A stretch of 64,000 nucleotides of DNA from an uncultured virus (IMG/VR IMGVR_UViG_3300042503_001397). Its lineage: Duplodnaviria; Heunggongvirae; Uroviricota; Caudoviricetes. The stretch's first letter is position 1. Every line of letters begins with the position of its first letter. The position numbers and the translations under genes are program-made. Below the pieces are notes generated by a model. That model ran no database searches. It was not told where the DNA came from and saw only the letters and a list, made by a program, of their open reading frames with translations. Of the stretch, positions 27,145 through 37,693 are shown one piece after another. Location: IMG/VR virus record IMGVR_UViG_3300042503_001397; one strand, 5' to 3'.

Positions 27145-27365
27145 TATGCGATAACTTGTAGGATTTTAGATTCTCTTGCAGCTGATACCTCATACTCTAA
27201 GCTTATACCTGCTGATTCGAATTCTTTAACTACTCTAGCTTCTGCTTCCGTAACGGTCATAGCATCTACTAAATACGATTCTCTTACTTTTTTAATTTTT
27301 GTACCACCTTTACCGCCATCAACTTCGTGTTGAACGGTCACTGTAACTTCAAAATACTTTGCCAT
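27144..27365 (-). CDS. DUF4494-like protein
   Basis: KKVRESYLVDAMTVTEAEAR. Confidence 0.8.
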   Translation of the reverse strand: MAKYFEVTVTVQHEVDGGKGGTKIKKVRESYLVDAMTVTEAEARVVKEFESAGISLEYEVSAARESKILQVIA

Positions 27366-27393
27366 AATTTATTGTTTAAATTGTTTAATATAT

Positions 27394-27425
27394 CAAATAT
27401 ACGATAATTTTTCCAAACTACCAAA
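27394..27425 (-). promoter_or_regulatory. Bacteroidota -33/-7 promoter
   Basis: TTTGGT..CGTATATTTG. Confidence 0.75.
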
Positions 27426-27989
27426 TTAATACTCATATTCTTTTCGGGGACCTGTTAGATTTCCGTTGATTAGGAACGAACAATTGAAGCATAACATACG
27501 CAAATTTTCATATGTTAGGTTCTTTCTATTACCATCCATAAAGTCCAACACAAGCGGAACTCTGTGGTCTGTGACCCTTCTTTCACAAAATCCACAATTA
27601 TTACATTTTTCTTCCATATAGGAATTAAGTAGTAATCTCTTTTTTAATTTCCAAATTGGGTAATTGGGGAATTTACCAGCAAGGATATCATCCAAAGAAT
27701 GAAATCCAGTTGTTGATTGAGTACCTTTACGGATACCAACTCCAGATGGATTCTTTAAATCTTCAAATAAGTTATATTCTTTTGCGTATTTTTTGTATGT
27801 GTTATACGATACGCCTAATAATCTTGCTGCTTCAGCCGCTGAACGGGCTTTCTTTTGAATTCCTCTTATTTCCGATTCTAATAGAGGTCTAGCACCCAAT
27901 CCCCTTTTGGTTCTTCTTTGTGGTGCTAATGATAAATCTTTCGTAGGGTCAAAGTTTGGAAACCCCTTCACTTCTTCTTGTTCTTCCAT
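27426..27989 (-). CDS. HTH plus HNH-fold zinc-finger protein lacking catalytic histidines
   Basis: SAAEAARLLGVSYNTYKKY; CNNC..LVLDFMDGN..N...ENLRMLCFNCS. Confidence 0.7.
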   Translation of the reverse strand: MEEQEEVKGFPNFDPTKDLSLAPQRRTKRGLGARPLLESEIRGIQKKARSAAEAARLLGVSYNTYKKYAKEYNLFEDLKNPSGVGIRKGTQSTTGFHSLDDILAGKFPNYPIWKLKKRLLLNSYMEEKCNNCGFCERRVTDHRVPLVLDFMDGNRKNLTYENLRMLCFNCSFLINGNLTGPRKEYEY

Positions 27990-28052
27990 AACTAAATTTG
28001 ATACACTTTTTATGTTTCTATATATAAGTATATCAATTTTCTTTTTTCGTAA

Positions 28053-28478
28053 CTACAATTTATTAATTTCTTTCAAGTGATGAATTAATTTTGTAAAAGA
28101 TTGTGTTGAATTGTCCGATGTTGTATCTAAATCAAAGAAGTTTTCGGTTGGTGGTTCATAACCATCAACTTTTGGCAAATCTTTACTTTTCTTACGATTA
28201 CTATGTATATAAATTTCAAATATATTTTCACCTAAAATAGATTTAAATTCTTCTCTATGTTTTTTTGATATATCTGTCATAGCTACTACAACATCACAAT
28301 TATTTTTCAATAAAAAAGTTGAAATAATTTGCGCTTCTCCCAATTGAGAATGATGCGGAAAATCTATAAGGAAAACATCCTTACGCCAATTTCGTTTTTC
28401 GGTTTGTAAGAAATCTCTTAGCTTAGTAGCTAATACAGTTTTTCCCGAACCAGTTTGTCCTGTAAACCAATATATCAT
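28053..28478 (-). CDS. Adenylyl-sulfate kinase (CysC)-like, shortened
   Basis: IYWFTGQTGSGKT, EIYI, YEPP. Confidence 0.6.
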   Translation of the reverse strand: MIYWFTGQTGSGKTVLATKLRDFLQTEKRNWRKDVFLIDFPHHSQLGEAQIISTFLLKNNCDVVVAMTDISKKHREEFKSILGENIFEIYIHSNRKKSKDLPKVDGYEPPTENFFDLDTTSDNSTQSFTKLIHHLKEINKL

Positions 28479-28520
28479 AACTTAGTTTTTTATAAGTATC
28501 TTTTTTTTAATTATTTGTAT

Positions 28521-30305
28521 TTAAGGTATCATTACAATAGATACATTAGCTCCCTTTTCTTTTTCTGGATATGTGGTAGAGAATATATGCTTTACCTTAC
28601 CACCATTTAATAATGCTGAACTTTTATTTCCAGTTGTACAATCAGTCCAAAATATATATCCACCATTTGCTGCTCTACAAAAATATTCTACACAATCAGG
28701 CGGTGCTGCCGTTGTTGTGGTTGTAGTTGATGTTGATGTAGTTGATGTTGAAGTTGAAGTAGTACTTGTTGATGTTGTTGTGGTAGTGGTTGATACTGCA
28801 CTATAATTAGAGTATAGTATTTTTTGTGCACTGCCTAATAAACTTCTAGTGTTAGAATAATCCGTAGTATTTCCAGTTGTATATAAAACACTACCAGCCG
28901 TATTTAATAAAGATGTTTTTATTTGTGCTGGCGTATATGTTGGATTTAATTGTAATACTAGTGCTGCCACACCTGCTACTTGAGGAGTTGCCATTGATGT
29001 ACCACTAATATTTGTTTGTTTATATGATGCGTTTAAATAATAATTTTGAGAACCACCACCCCACTTATTTGTATTGGATGTTGCACTCATTATATCAGTA
29101 CCAGGTGCCCATATACTAACTCCCGGTCCAGTTTCACTATAAGTTGCTCTTTGGTCATTGGTAGCATCATAAGTAGTACTATCCATAGAACCAACCATAA
29201 GAGCATTATCACTATATGGAGATGAACCTCTATGATAATAAATTGTATCAGTATCAGTAACTACAAAATTGTTATAATCAGTCCCACCGGATACATCTAT
29301 TTTAGTTCCCCTATTTCCAGCTGCTATACAAACAATAACACCTGCCGCAATTAATTCCTCAATATCAGTATCAACCGAACCAATTCTTACATTGGCAAGA
29401 TATGTAGTTGTACTTCCTGCTGATGAATTTAATCCGTAGTTTGTGTATCTATATGATGCGTTTCCTGTTGTTGATACATCCGTATATGATGTACCTCTAT
29501 ATGTTAAAGATGTTACTGTATTGTATCCTTGTCCATATCCCCAACTCATATTAACTATCGTTGGTCTAGCTCCTGCTTTAGAAGTATGCCATGTTTTAAT
29601 AGCATCAAATGCGTAAGTAATACTAATACCAGTACCACTATCACCACTACCTTCTAATCCTGCTAATTTTTGAGAATATACTCTTGCTTCCTTTGCCCAA
29701 CCATATGTTTTACCACAAGCTATACCAGCACAATGTGTACCATGCCCATCGTAATCTCTATAATGATTTGCGTTTTGTGTGAAAGCTCCACCACTATAAG
29801 CACCCCAATTCAATTGTTGAACTCTTGTATTACCACTACCATCTTGAAATTCTGGATGGTCTATTTGTAAACCACTATCTTGAATTACAACATCAACACC
29901 CGTACCATTTAAAGTATATGTATAATTTAATGCAGTTGTTGTACCAATACCATAAACGTTTGTTGCATTAGATGAACGAATCAATCCCCAGTTAAGGAAT
30001 GCTCCACTATCAGAAGTTGTTTTTGTAAAATCCCCTGTTTGTGTTACGGTTGGCATCATTACGATATCCGTTCTAAACTCCGGTGGTATTTCTACACAAA
30101 ATACTCTATCATCTTGTCTTAATAATTCAGCTTCTTCATCGGTAAGTAAATACCAACATTGACGTAACGATGCAGGTCTTTCGTTTGTAAATTCTACTGC
30201 TCTATTTGGAATATAAAGTTTACCACCATCGGTATCACTTTCCATATCATTCCAAAAACCATCGTAGTCTATTCCCTCCTTAAGTGCAACGTTATATTGT
30301 TTCAT
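28521..30305 (-). CDS. S8 subtilisin-like protease with Thr/Ser-rich tail
   Basis: VIQDSG, HGTHCAG, AAGN, SGTSMATPQVAG. Confidence 0.92.
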   Translation of the reverse strand: MKQYNVALKEGIDYDGFWNDMESDTDGGKLYIPNRAVEFTNERPASLRQCWYLLTDEEAELLRQDDRVFCVEIPPEFRTDIVMMPTVTQTGDFTKTTSDSGAFLNWGLIRSSNATNVYGIGTTTALNYTYTLNGTGVDVVIQDSGLQIDHPEFQDGSGNTRVQQLNWGAYSGGAFTQNANHYRDYDGHGTHCAGIACGKTYGWAKEARVYSQKLAGLEGSGDSGTGISITYAFDAIKTWHTSKAGARPTIVNMSWGYGQGYNTVTSLTYRGTSYTDVSTTGNASYRYTNYGLNSSAGSTTTYLANVRIGSVDTDIEELIAAGVIVCIAAGNRGTKIDVSGGTDYNNFVVTDTDTIYYHRGSSPYSDNALMVGSMDSTTYDATNDQRATYSETGPGVSIWAPGTDIMSATSNTNKWGGGSQNYYLNASYKQTNISGTSMATPQVAGVAALVLQLNPTYTPAQIKTSLLNTAGSVLYTTGNTTDYSNTRSLLGSAQKILYSNYSAVSTTTTTTSTSTTSTSTSTTSTSTTTTTTAAPPDCVEYFCRAANGGYIFWTDCTTGNKSSALLNGGKVKHIFSTTYPEKEKGANVSIVMIP

Positions 30306-30348
30306 TTATTTACTTATAGTGTATTATTGATAAATATTCTATTTTAAA

Positions 30349-31137
30349 CTATTTGACGTATCTATTATAATATTCAACATTCAAATTGTCTAAATTATTG
30401 TTAATCCAAATATAGTATTTTTCATATACTTCATGTAATTGTAATTTTGATAATTTTTGTAAAGGTCTCTTTGCGTAATCAGTTGATGCTAATTTATGAT
30501 TTTCAAAATTATCAGGCGAACCAATTGCTCCACTTTGTTTATGGCCGGCAACTTCATGTGGGTCACTCCAATTAAAACAATAAGATGGAATATAATTATT
30601 ATTCCATTCATCTAATTGCTTTTCATCTCTTAATTTAGTGTACCAACTCAATCCTTCATATCCAGTAATATCTGAACGGAATCCGATTTCTCTAATTCTA
30701 TTCATCTTTACTATTACACTTGCTTCTAATGTATTTTGGCACATCTCTATTTTAGTATGAGTTGCAAATAAACTTGCTCTAGGTTTCCAAGCATCAGTTC
30801 CTAATTCTTCAATACCTTCTACTGCCTGTTGTATGTGCCAAGGTAAATAAATGTCATCATCATCTGCTAACATAAAATAATCACCAGTAGCATGAGTAAT
30901 CGCATCTCTACATATCTGTCCTCTATTCTCATACTCACATGCTGTCTGATAATTTATGTTGTTATTCACAATTATAATGCTATCATCTTCAAATCCCAAT
31001 TCGTATGGATGTTCTTCATCGGTATTGAATATAATCAATTCTTTGTTTGGATATGTTTGTGCATGATATTGTGCTACTATCCTTTCAACACAAGTAAATC
31101 TACCATAGGTAGTACATACGAAACTAACTTTTTTCAT
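30349..31137 (-). CDS. Glycosyltransferase family 2
   Basis: VSFVCTTYGR, QTYPNKELII, LADDDDIYLP. Confidence 0.85.
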   Translation of the reverse strand: MKKVSFVCTTYGRFTCVERIVAQYHAQTYPNKELIIFNTDEEHPYELGFEDDSIIIVNNNINYQTACEYENRGQICRDAITHATGDYFMLADDDDIYLPWHIQQAVEGIEELGTDAWKPRASLFATHTKIEMCQNTLEASVIVKMNRIREIGFRSDITGYEGLSWYTKLRDEKQLDEWNNNYIPSYCFNWSDPHEVAGHKQSGAIGSPDNFENHKLASTDYAKRPLQKLSKLQLHEVYEKYYIWINNNLDNLNVEYYNRYVK

Positions 31138-31906
31138 TTAAGTATTTTTTATATTCTTTTAATCCTTTTTTCAAATTGAATTTTGGCTTCCAATTTGGCA
31201 TCCATTTATTTTCTAAACTTAGTGTTTGAAACTGGTATCCTTTTGGTATTTTTGATTGATTGTGATATGTGTATTGTAATCCTAAATTATCAAATATTGT
31301 TTCAAATGTATTACTCTCACCACTACCAACTTCGTACCAATTTCCTTTTAGTTTATCATAGTTTTCTAATGCGTATAAATTAGCATTTACAATATCATCA
31401 ATATAAACAAAATCTCTTTTTGGTTTACCTGGAAATAATTTAATTTCATTATTATTTAAATTCTGATAAATCATTGATGCCATTTTTCCTTTATGTTCTT
31501 CGCCCGGCCCATACACATTAAAATATCTTAATGCAATACCACCTTTAGCAACAACATAATCTTCACCCATTAACTTTGACCAACCATATAAGTTAGAAGG
31601 TTTCTTACCATCAAACCCATATACAGCTGCTGATGATGCATATATTATTTTTTTATTGTTAGTAATACACCAATCAGTAATCCACTTTGTAGATAGATAA
31701 TTTCTTTCCATAACAAATCCAATATCAGTACAAAGAGTATCACTACATGCTCCGATATGAAATACTACATCTGGTTGATGTATATTTAAAAAGTTATTTA
31801 TATAAGATTCATCATATCTTTTATCTATACCAATTACTGATACAAATTCTTTGAATAGATTCTTACCAACAAATCCTTTATGTCCAGTTATTACTATCTT
31901 ATCCAT
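31124..31906 (-). CDS. ADP-L-glycero-D-manno-heptose 6-epimerase-like
   Basis: FHIGACSDT, YASSAAVYG, YGWSK, YFNVYGPGEEHKGKMAS, YQFQT. Confidence 0.8.
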   Translation of the reverse strand: MDKIVITGHKGFVGKNLFKEFVSVIGIDKRYDESYINNFLNIHQPDVVFHIGACSDTLCTDIGFVMERNYLSTKWITDWCITNNKKIIYASSAAVYGFDGKKPSNLYGWSKLMGEDYVVAKGGIALRYFNVYGPGEEHKGKMASMIYQNLNNNEIKLFPGKPKRDFVYIDDIVNANLYALENYDKLKGNWYEVGSGESNTFETIFDNLGLQYTYHNQSKIPKGYQFQTLSLENKWMPNWKPKFNLKKGLKEYKKYLNEKS

Positions 31907-32538
31907 TTTTTATACATATCTCTGTATTGTTTTTCTCTTTTTATTTTACCTCCCCATAAATCACTTTCGAAATCATCATCTTGCCAAGCTAATAATTCCT
32001 TAGACATATAATAATTGTTATCATACATACCCATATAAATTGTATCAATAATACCCATCGTATATGGTAAATTAATTACCTTATCATAAAACGATTCATT
32101 GATTACATATGCATGAGTAGCGTACATACCAGCAGTACATTTAGCCAACGTATCACTTACACTATCACACCAACTACCCGGCTCACCCCCCATATAAAAT
32201 ATATCCCATTTTTTATCTTTCAGTTCCTCTATACATTCTTTAACCTTATCAACAAACCCATCTACAAATACGCAATCATCTTCAAATATTACACAATTTT
32301 TCCAACCTCTACGTTTTGCTTCTTTAATCATTTCAAAGTGAGAGTATGTGCATGATATCTTAATATGCCAATTATTTCCGTTGAATGGATTTGGCACATC
32401 TTCTTCTTTAAGTTGAATAGCTGAGAATCTTTCTATTTCAAATCCAGCTTCTTTACTTCTCTTTTCAAATGCCTCTTTCCTTTCAGTTCGTTTATCTAAG
32501 TTAAGATAAAATCCACCATCAAAATAATCAAATATCAT
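31894..32538 (-). CDS. Glycosyltransferase family 25
   Basis: YLNLDKRTER, ERFSAI, CTYSH, IFEDD, THAYVI. Confidence 0.85.
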   Translation of the reverse strand: MIFDYFDGGFYLNLDKRTERKEAFEKRSKEAGFEIERFSAIQLKEEDVPNPFNGNNWHIKISCTYSHFEMIKEAKRRGWKNCVIFEDDCVFVDGFVDKVKECIEELKDKKWDIFYMGGEPGSWCDSVSDTLAKCTAGMYATHAYVINESFYDKVINLPYTMGIIDTIYMGMYDNNYYMSKELLAWQDDDFESDLWGGKIKREKQYRDMYKKWIR

Positions 32539-32539
32539 A

Positions 32540-33247
32540 TTACTTAGGTATTGCTATATAATCAACTAAATGGTCTGCATCAATAACTTTTTTATATGAA
32601 TATCCCAATGAATCTAATCTATTGAACACATCATTTTCATTCCAACCATATATTTGTAATTGTGGAAACTCAACTTCTATAAAGATTATTGGTTTATGTT
32701 TTTTAATCGTTTCTATTGCGCCATCTAATACTTTTGGTTCGTAACCCTGTACATCTATTTTCAATACCGCTACATCTTCAAACTCATAAGAATCCAAAGG
32801 TCTAACTTCTACATCATTATAACCAGAACCATAGTAAGCATCTAAATGAGCATTACCAATATTGATTGTATCATCTGAATGATATTGTAGATTTTCCATT
32901 TTAAGATTTGTATGTTCATCACTTAATGCTATATTGTGTGCAGTTATATTATCATATCCATTCAGTATTATATTTCCACATAATTGATAGTAAACTAACT
33001 TTTGTGGTTCAAATGATATTACTTTACCATCATCAACTAAATCGGCAAATTCTAATGTATGAAATCCAAAGTTAGCACCAGCATCAATTATAGTCTTTCC
33101 TTTAATATCTACATTATCTTTGATATAATCAAAAATATAGTGTTCATAGATACCACCCTTACGAGTCATATCAGTTACACCACAATCATTTTTAAATAGA
33201 ATATACTCCTTACGAGTCTTTACATATTCGATTGGTAATTTTTTCAT
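32540..33247 (-). CDS. FkbM-family methyltransferase
   Basis: IDAGANFG, SFEP, KIDVQGYE. Confidence 0.88.
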   Translation of the reverse strand: MKKLPIEYVKTRKEYILFKNDCGVTDMTRKGGIYEHYIFDYIKDNVDIKGKTIIDAGANFGFHTLEFADLVDDGKVISFEPQKLVYYQLCGNIILNGYDNITAHNIALSDEHTNLKMENLQYHSDDTINIGNAHLDAYYGSGYNDVEVRPLDSYEFEDVAVLKIDVQGYEPKVLDGAIETIKKHKPIIFIEVEFPQLQIYGWNENDVFNRLDSLGYSYKKVIDADHLVDYIAIPK

Positions 33248-34428
33248 ATTAATACTGATTTTTGTCCTACTTTTCTAACCCATTGATAATAATACCAACT
33301 AGCCGTTCCTTCCGTTATATTCAATATATCTCCATATGGCAATTTATCCATATATTGTGCTTTATAAAATTTACCAGTATCGCTACTTGTGATACCAGCA
33401 TTGTGAAATATATTCATTCTCTTATAATCATCTTCGTTTGATGTTGCCCAACTGAATTCCATATTAGGGTGGCATTCTGTGTGTGCTCTCATTTTCCAAG
33501 CGTTCCATAATACAGCCCACATATCAGCACACCATATTTGTAATTCGTGATGTGTTGGGTCTAATTCTTTCTTTTGTTTATTTAACTGATTTATATCTTT
33601 GAAAAGTAATTCAGATTCTCTTTCAACTCTATCCCAATAGTAATGAGTTATACCCTTCATTATATATTGTGCACCTATTGCGTTTTTTTCATAAGCCCTA
33701 ACAACTCCTTTATTTATACCAACTATCTCACACATCTTAGTAAGTACATCATCTCCTTTAGATAAAATGTAATCATGTCCAATATACCAACGAGTATCTG
33801 AACCATACCACTTCTCATCATTAATCATTTCATCCGTAATCCATTCATTTATTGGCTTGGTAAATATGATATCACAATCATGATAGAATATCGTTTCATC
33901 TTTTAATTCAGGATATTTTTCCCAATGCTGTTTTAGTATATTAGGTCTTATAGATGATATGTAATCTTTTGTTACTCTAGTATCATCATAAAAAAAGAAA
34001 CGAGCAGCGTAAGCATTAGCTAATTTGGACCAAGCTTCAGGAATTGTACCATCTTCTTTCCAACATACGATATCAACATTATTTAAGTTGATACCCATTT
34101 CCATAAAATTGTTTAACATTACTTCTACCTGCCAAGTGTAATAAGGGATTGCAGGTTGTGCTGATACGAATCTTAGATTTTTCTTACTTTTGTATTTTAC
34201 TAATTTGTCTTCAACATATGCCCATCTGTTATCAGGACATTGTCCCATTTCTTGAGTAAATACTTTTGATTTCAACATACACCCACATAGTGAACATACA
34301 TTTTTTACACCATCAACTTCTTTTTTATTGGGGCACGAATTACAAACTTCAATTCGTTTGGATGCTAATTCATTTCTCTCATCATTTGGGTTGTAATCAA
34401 TACCCCAAGATTTAAAAATTTCTTCCAT
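33244..34428 (-). CDS. Cys-rich domain fused to a GT95/GT96-like (HPAT/SERGT) glycosyltransferase
   Basis: YYTWQVEVM, YISSIRP..L..HW, YHDCDIIF, GAQYIM, WCADMWA; N-terminal CxxC..CxxCGC..K..CP..RW. Confidence 0.55.
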   Translation of the reverse strand: MEEIFKSWGIDYNPNDERNELASKRIEVCNSCPNKKEVDGVKNVCSLCGCMLKSKVFTQEMGQCPDNRWAYVEDKLVKYKSKKNLRFVSAQPAIPYYTWQVEVMLNNFMEMGINLNNVDIVCWKEDGTIPEAWSKLANAYAARFFFYDDTRVTKDYISSIRPNILKQHWEKYPELKDETIFYHDCDIIFTKPINEWITDEMINDEKWYGSDTRWYIGHDYILSKGDDVLTKMCEIVGINKGVVRAYEKNAIGAQYIMKGITHYYWDRVERESELLFKDINQLNKQKKELDPTHHELQIWCADMWAVLWNAWKMRAHTECHPNMEFSWATSNEDDYKRMNIFHNAGITSSDTGKFYKAQYMDKLPYGDILNITEGTASWYYYQWVRKVGQKSVLI

Positions 34429-34474
34429 TTTGTGTATAACCTTTATTTAATATAATTATCAAATTTTTAATATT

Positions 34475-36247
34475 TTAACAAGTTCCATCAACACCACTTA
34501 CATTTAATGCTGGGCTTGAAGTTCCATCTAAATATTGACCAGTAAATGTTAATGATTGTCCACTACCCACTCCTGCATTTTGACAACTGGTAGTATTGGT
34601 ACTATCAGTTACCTCTACTTTCTGTCCACCAGTACTACATCCAAAATAAACAACCACATCGTATGTTCCAACTTTAGCAACAGTTCCATTAACATTTTCA
34701 TTAACACCAATAACAATTGGATATGATGATGAATTTAGTGTTACAGATACACCATCTACTGTTACATCGGTGATTGTTATATCCAATGATGGTTGTACAC
34801 TTATAAATACTTCTGAACTTGTTGGTGCTGCCGTTGTTGTTGAAGTACTTGTAGATGTCGTTGAAGTACTGGTTGATGTTGATGACGTAGATGTTGTTGT
34901 AGCTGGACAACCAGTAGTTCCGGCCCCACCCACAGTAACAACATCAATTAAAGGTCCACCAGGATTTGATGTTAATTCAGCCAATACATACCAAAACGCT
35001 CCACCAAATGTAACTCTTTCATTGATAGCAAATGTACCAATTGCTTTTTGTGTAGAGTTTTGAGTAGTACCATTTGTACAAGAATATAAAGAATACCAAG
35101 CGGGTGCTGATGTTGTAGTTGTAGTTGTTGGCGGCTCCGTTGTAGTTGTAGTTGTTGGCGGCTCCGTTGTTGTTGTAGTTGTAGTTGTTGGAGCTGCTGT
35201 TGTTGTGGTAGTTGTTGATGTAGTTACTCCAGTACAAGCAGTTTCATTTTGTAAATTACCAACACCAGCTGCCGTATTCCAATATTTTACACCATTTGAA
35301 TAGTAGCCATTTGCTACTGGTGTGGTTAATGCAGATGTTGTATATAATATAGTGCCCGTTCCCAAAGTTGCACCAGGACCAGCATAATATACATTTCTAT
35401 TAGTTGGAGTTGCATAATCTGTACAAGCAACTTGCCCATCGGAATTACTGTATGTTAAACTGAATGGTGTGTAACTTAATGTAGTTGTGGTTGTTGTTGG
35501 TGCTGCCGTTGTAGTTGTAGTTGGTGCTTCTGTTGTTGTACTTGTACTTGTTGTTGATGTGGATGTTGATGTTGATGTTGAAGTACTTGTTGATGTTGAA
35601 GTAGTACTTGTCGATGTTGAAGTAGTACTTGTCGATGTTGTTGTAGTTGTTGTTTGTGGACAAGGTGTACCATTTGAAAGAACACCACCACTTGCGGCAA
35701 CATTAACTTCCCAATAATCAACACCATTTGAATAAAATCCATCTGCTACAATATTTGTATATACACCATCTACATATAAAGTATTACCATCAGCAAGTGC
35801 ACCGCCAGGTTGTAAATAATATGTTGCTGTGTCTGGAATTGGTGCTGTAAATTTATAACAAGCAGTTGGTCCATCCACATTACTATAAGCTAATGTAACC
35901 GGTATAGCTGCCAACGTTGTTGTTGAAGTAGATGTTGAAGTTGATGTTGTTGATGTACTTGTAGTTGATGTTGTAGGTGCTGCCGTTGTTGAAGTAGATG
36001 TTGAAGTACTTGTAGTTGATGTTGTAATACCAGCTATGTTTATAACTAGCTGATTAGTACAAGCACCCGTTGATGTAACAAATATATTAGTTGCGCCATC
36101 GGGTGAAACAGTTATAGATTTTCCAGCTATTAACTCACTTCTAGTTGCAGTATTGGGTGTAACAGTATGCCCACTATTTGAAGTAAGGTTAAAGTTAGGT
36201 CCTAAATTAGCTCCCATTCCAGAATCAAGTGTCAACAATATATCCAT
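34475..36247 (-). CDS. Thr/Ser-rich (mucin-like) multidomain virion-type protein
   Basis: Four poly-Thr/Ser/Pro linkers between Cys-bounded beta domains; duplicated G.YSNGV.YW module. Confidence 0.7.
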   Translation of the reverse strand: MDILLTLDSGMGANLGPNFNLTSNSGHTVTPNTATRSELIAGKSITVSPDGATNIFVTSTGACTNQLVINIAGITTSTTSTSTSTSTTAAPTTSTTSTSTTSTSTSTSTTTLAAIPVTLAYSNVDGPTACYKFTAPIPDTATYYLQPGGALADGNTLYVDGVYTNIVADGFYSNGVDYWEVNVAASGGVLSNGTPCPQTTTTTTSTSTTSTSTSTTSTSTSTSTSTSTSTSTTSTSTTTEAPTTTTTAAPTTTTTTLSYTPFSLTYSNSDGQVACTDYATPTNRNVYYAGPGATLGTGTILYTTSALTTPVANGYYSNGVKYWNTAAGVGNLQNETACTGVTTSTTTTTTAAPTTTTTTTTEPPTTTTTTEPPTTTTTTSAPAWYSLYSCTNGTTQNSTQKAIGTFAINERVTFGGAFWYVLAELTSNPGGPLIDVVTVGGAGTTGCPATTTSTSSTSTSTSTTSTSTSTTTAAPTSSEVFISVQPSLDITITDVTVDGVSVTLNSSSYPIVIGVNENVNGTVAKVGTYDVVVYFGCSTGGQKVEVTDSTNTTSCQNAGVGSGQSLTFTGQYLDGTSSPALNVSGVDGTC

Positions 36248-36272
36248 ACTTTTAAATATTCTTTTTTATTTT

Positions 36273-37385
36273 TTATAAACAACTAAGTGTTCCATATTCT
36301 ATTACTACCACATCAGATGAAGTAAATGTTACGTTACTAAATGTATATGTACCACTTCCACCAACATATAAAGTTTCGATATCTATACTATTGACGGTTA
36401 AAGTCATACATTTAGCTGTGGTTACACCGGACAACTCAACATAAATTGGTCCATTAGTTATAGTAGCACCCCCACCACTTGCGTTTTGACCTATTGTGAT
36501 TGGAAACGCTCCAATATCAAAGAAATAAAAATATGCACCACCAGTAGTATTTACATCTTCTATTTGTCCATCCGATGCCGTATTTGTTACCGTAAAGCTT
36601 CCTCCTGGTGCTGCAGTTGTAGTTGTTGTAGTTGTTGTAGTTGTACTTGTTGTTGGTGGTTGCGTTGTCGATGTTGATGTACTTGTAGTTGATGTTGGTG
36701 GTTGCGTTGTCGATGTTGATGTACTTGTAGTTGTTGTATATACCATTACCGCAGTACCTCCATTATAATTACAATTAACAGCCGCTGTGGTTGTTGATGT
36801 AGTTGATGTTGATGTAGATGTAGTCGATGTAGTTGAAGTCGATGTTGTAGTTGTTGTATTTGTACAATTAACCGCAGTACTTTTTGTAGTCGATGCTCCA
36901 CTACTATCTCTTAAAATTATAAACCAAGTTCCGTTAAATACACCAGTAAAACTATATGTACTAGCTCCACTCAATGCTATTGGTGTTGCCGATAATGCTG
37001 AACCTGCGGAATTACCTATTGCTACACTCGTATATGTACCATTACCACCACTAAATCCATTGACAATTATTTTACCAGTACCATTAGTTCCACTACCCTC
37101 ACAAGAAGGAGTTAGTGTAAAATCAACAGGAGGTATTGTTGTTGATGTCGTTGTAGTTTCTCCAATCAAATAACATCCAGTACAATCATCATTACAATAT
37201 CCAATTATAGATACCGTTGCTGCTGCGGATGCTGATACAGTATTGTTTTGTGCTTGGAAATCAATAGAAAGTAATCCATTGTGTAGGTATTGCGTAGGAC
37301 CATAATAACCCTCACACTCAATCCAGTCCACTTTTGAAAATGAACCCGCTGGTACTGCAACTCTATAAAGATTTATATTAGCCAT
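36273..37385 (-). CDS. Thr/Ser-rich (mucin-like) virion-type protein
   Basis: Three Thr-rich linkers, Cys-bounded domains. Confidence 0.7.
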   Translation of the reverse strand: MANINLYRVAVPAGSFSKVDWIECEGYYGPTQYLHNGLLSIDFQAQNNTVSASAAATVSIIGYCNDDCTGCYLIGETTTTSTTIPPVDFTLTPSCEGSGTNGTGKIIVNGFSGGNGTYTSVAIGNSAGSALSATPIALSGASTYSFTGVFNGTWFIILRDSSGASTTKSTAVNCTNTTTTTSTSTTSTTSTSTSTTSTTTAAVNCNYNGGTAVMVYTTTTSTSTSTTQPPTSTTSTSTSTTQPPTTSTTTTTTTTTTAAPGGSFTVTNTASDGQIEDVNTTGGAYFYFFDIGAFPITIGQNASGGGATITNGPIYVELSGVTTAKCMTLTVNSIDIETLYVGGSGTYTFSNVTFTSSDVVVIEYGTLSCL

Positions 37386-37432
37386 TGATTAATTAAATAG
37401 TGTCAATTACTAATAAGTATCTATCCTTTAAA

Positions 37433-37675
37433 TTATGTGGTTACTAAAGAAGCTTGATATGCTGCTATCACTTCTTCTGTCCAAACTGCATTTGCGATAG
37501 CTTGAACTTTTGGGTCTTCGTTTACAATATTATCACCAGGTGCTAATACATGTCTATGAAATGTTCTTGCAATTTCAGTACCATCTTTTTCAATGATATT
37601 TGCAGTACGAACTTGGATGTGATTTGATTGTACAAGTTCTACTAAGTCTACGATTTGTTTTTCTATTAATGCCAT
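37433..37675 (-). CDS. Small protein commonly following phage tail-fibre genes
   Basis: IQVR...IEKDG.EI.RTFHRHVL.PG..VQAIANAVWT. Confidence 0.65.
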   Translation of the reverse strand: MALIEKQIVDLVELVQSNHIQVRTANIIEKDGTEIARTFHRHVLAPGDNIVNEDPKVQAIANAVWTEEVIAAYQASLVTT

Positions 37676-37693
37676 TTTATATTAATTTTATGT

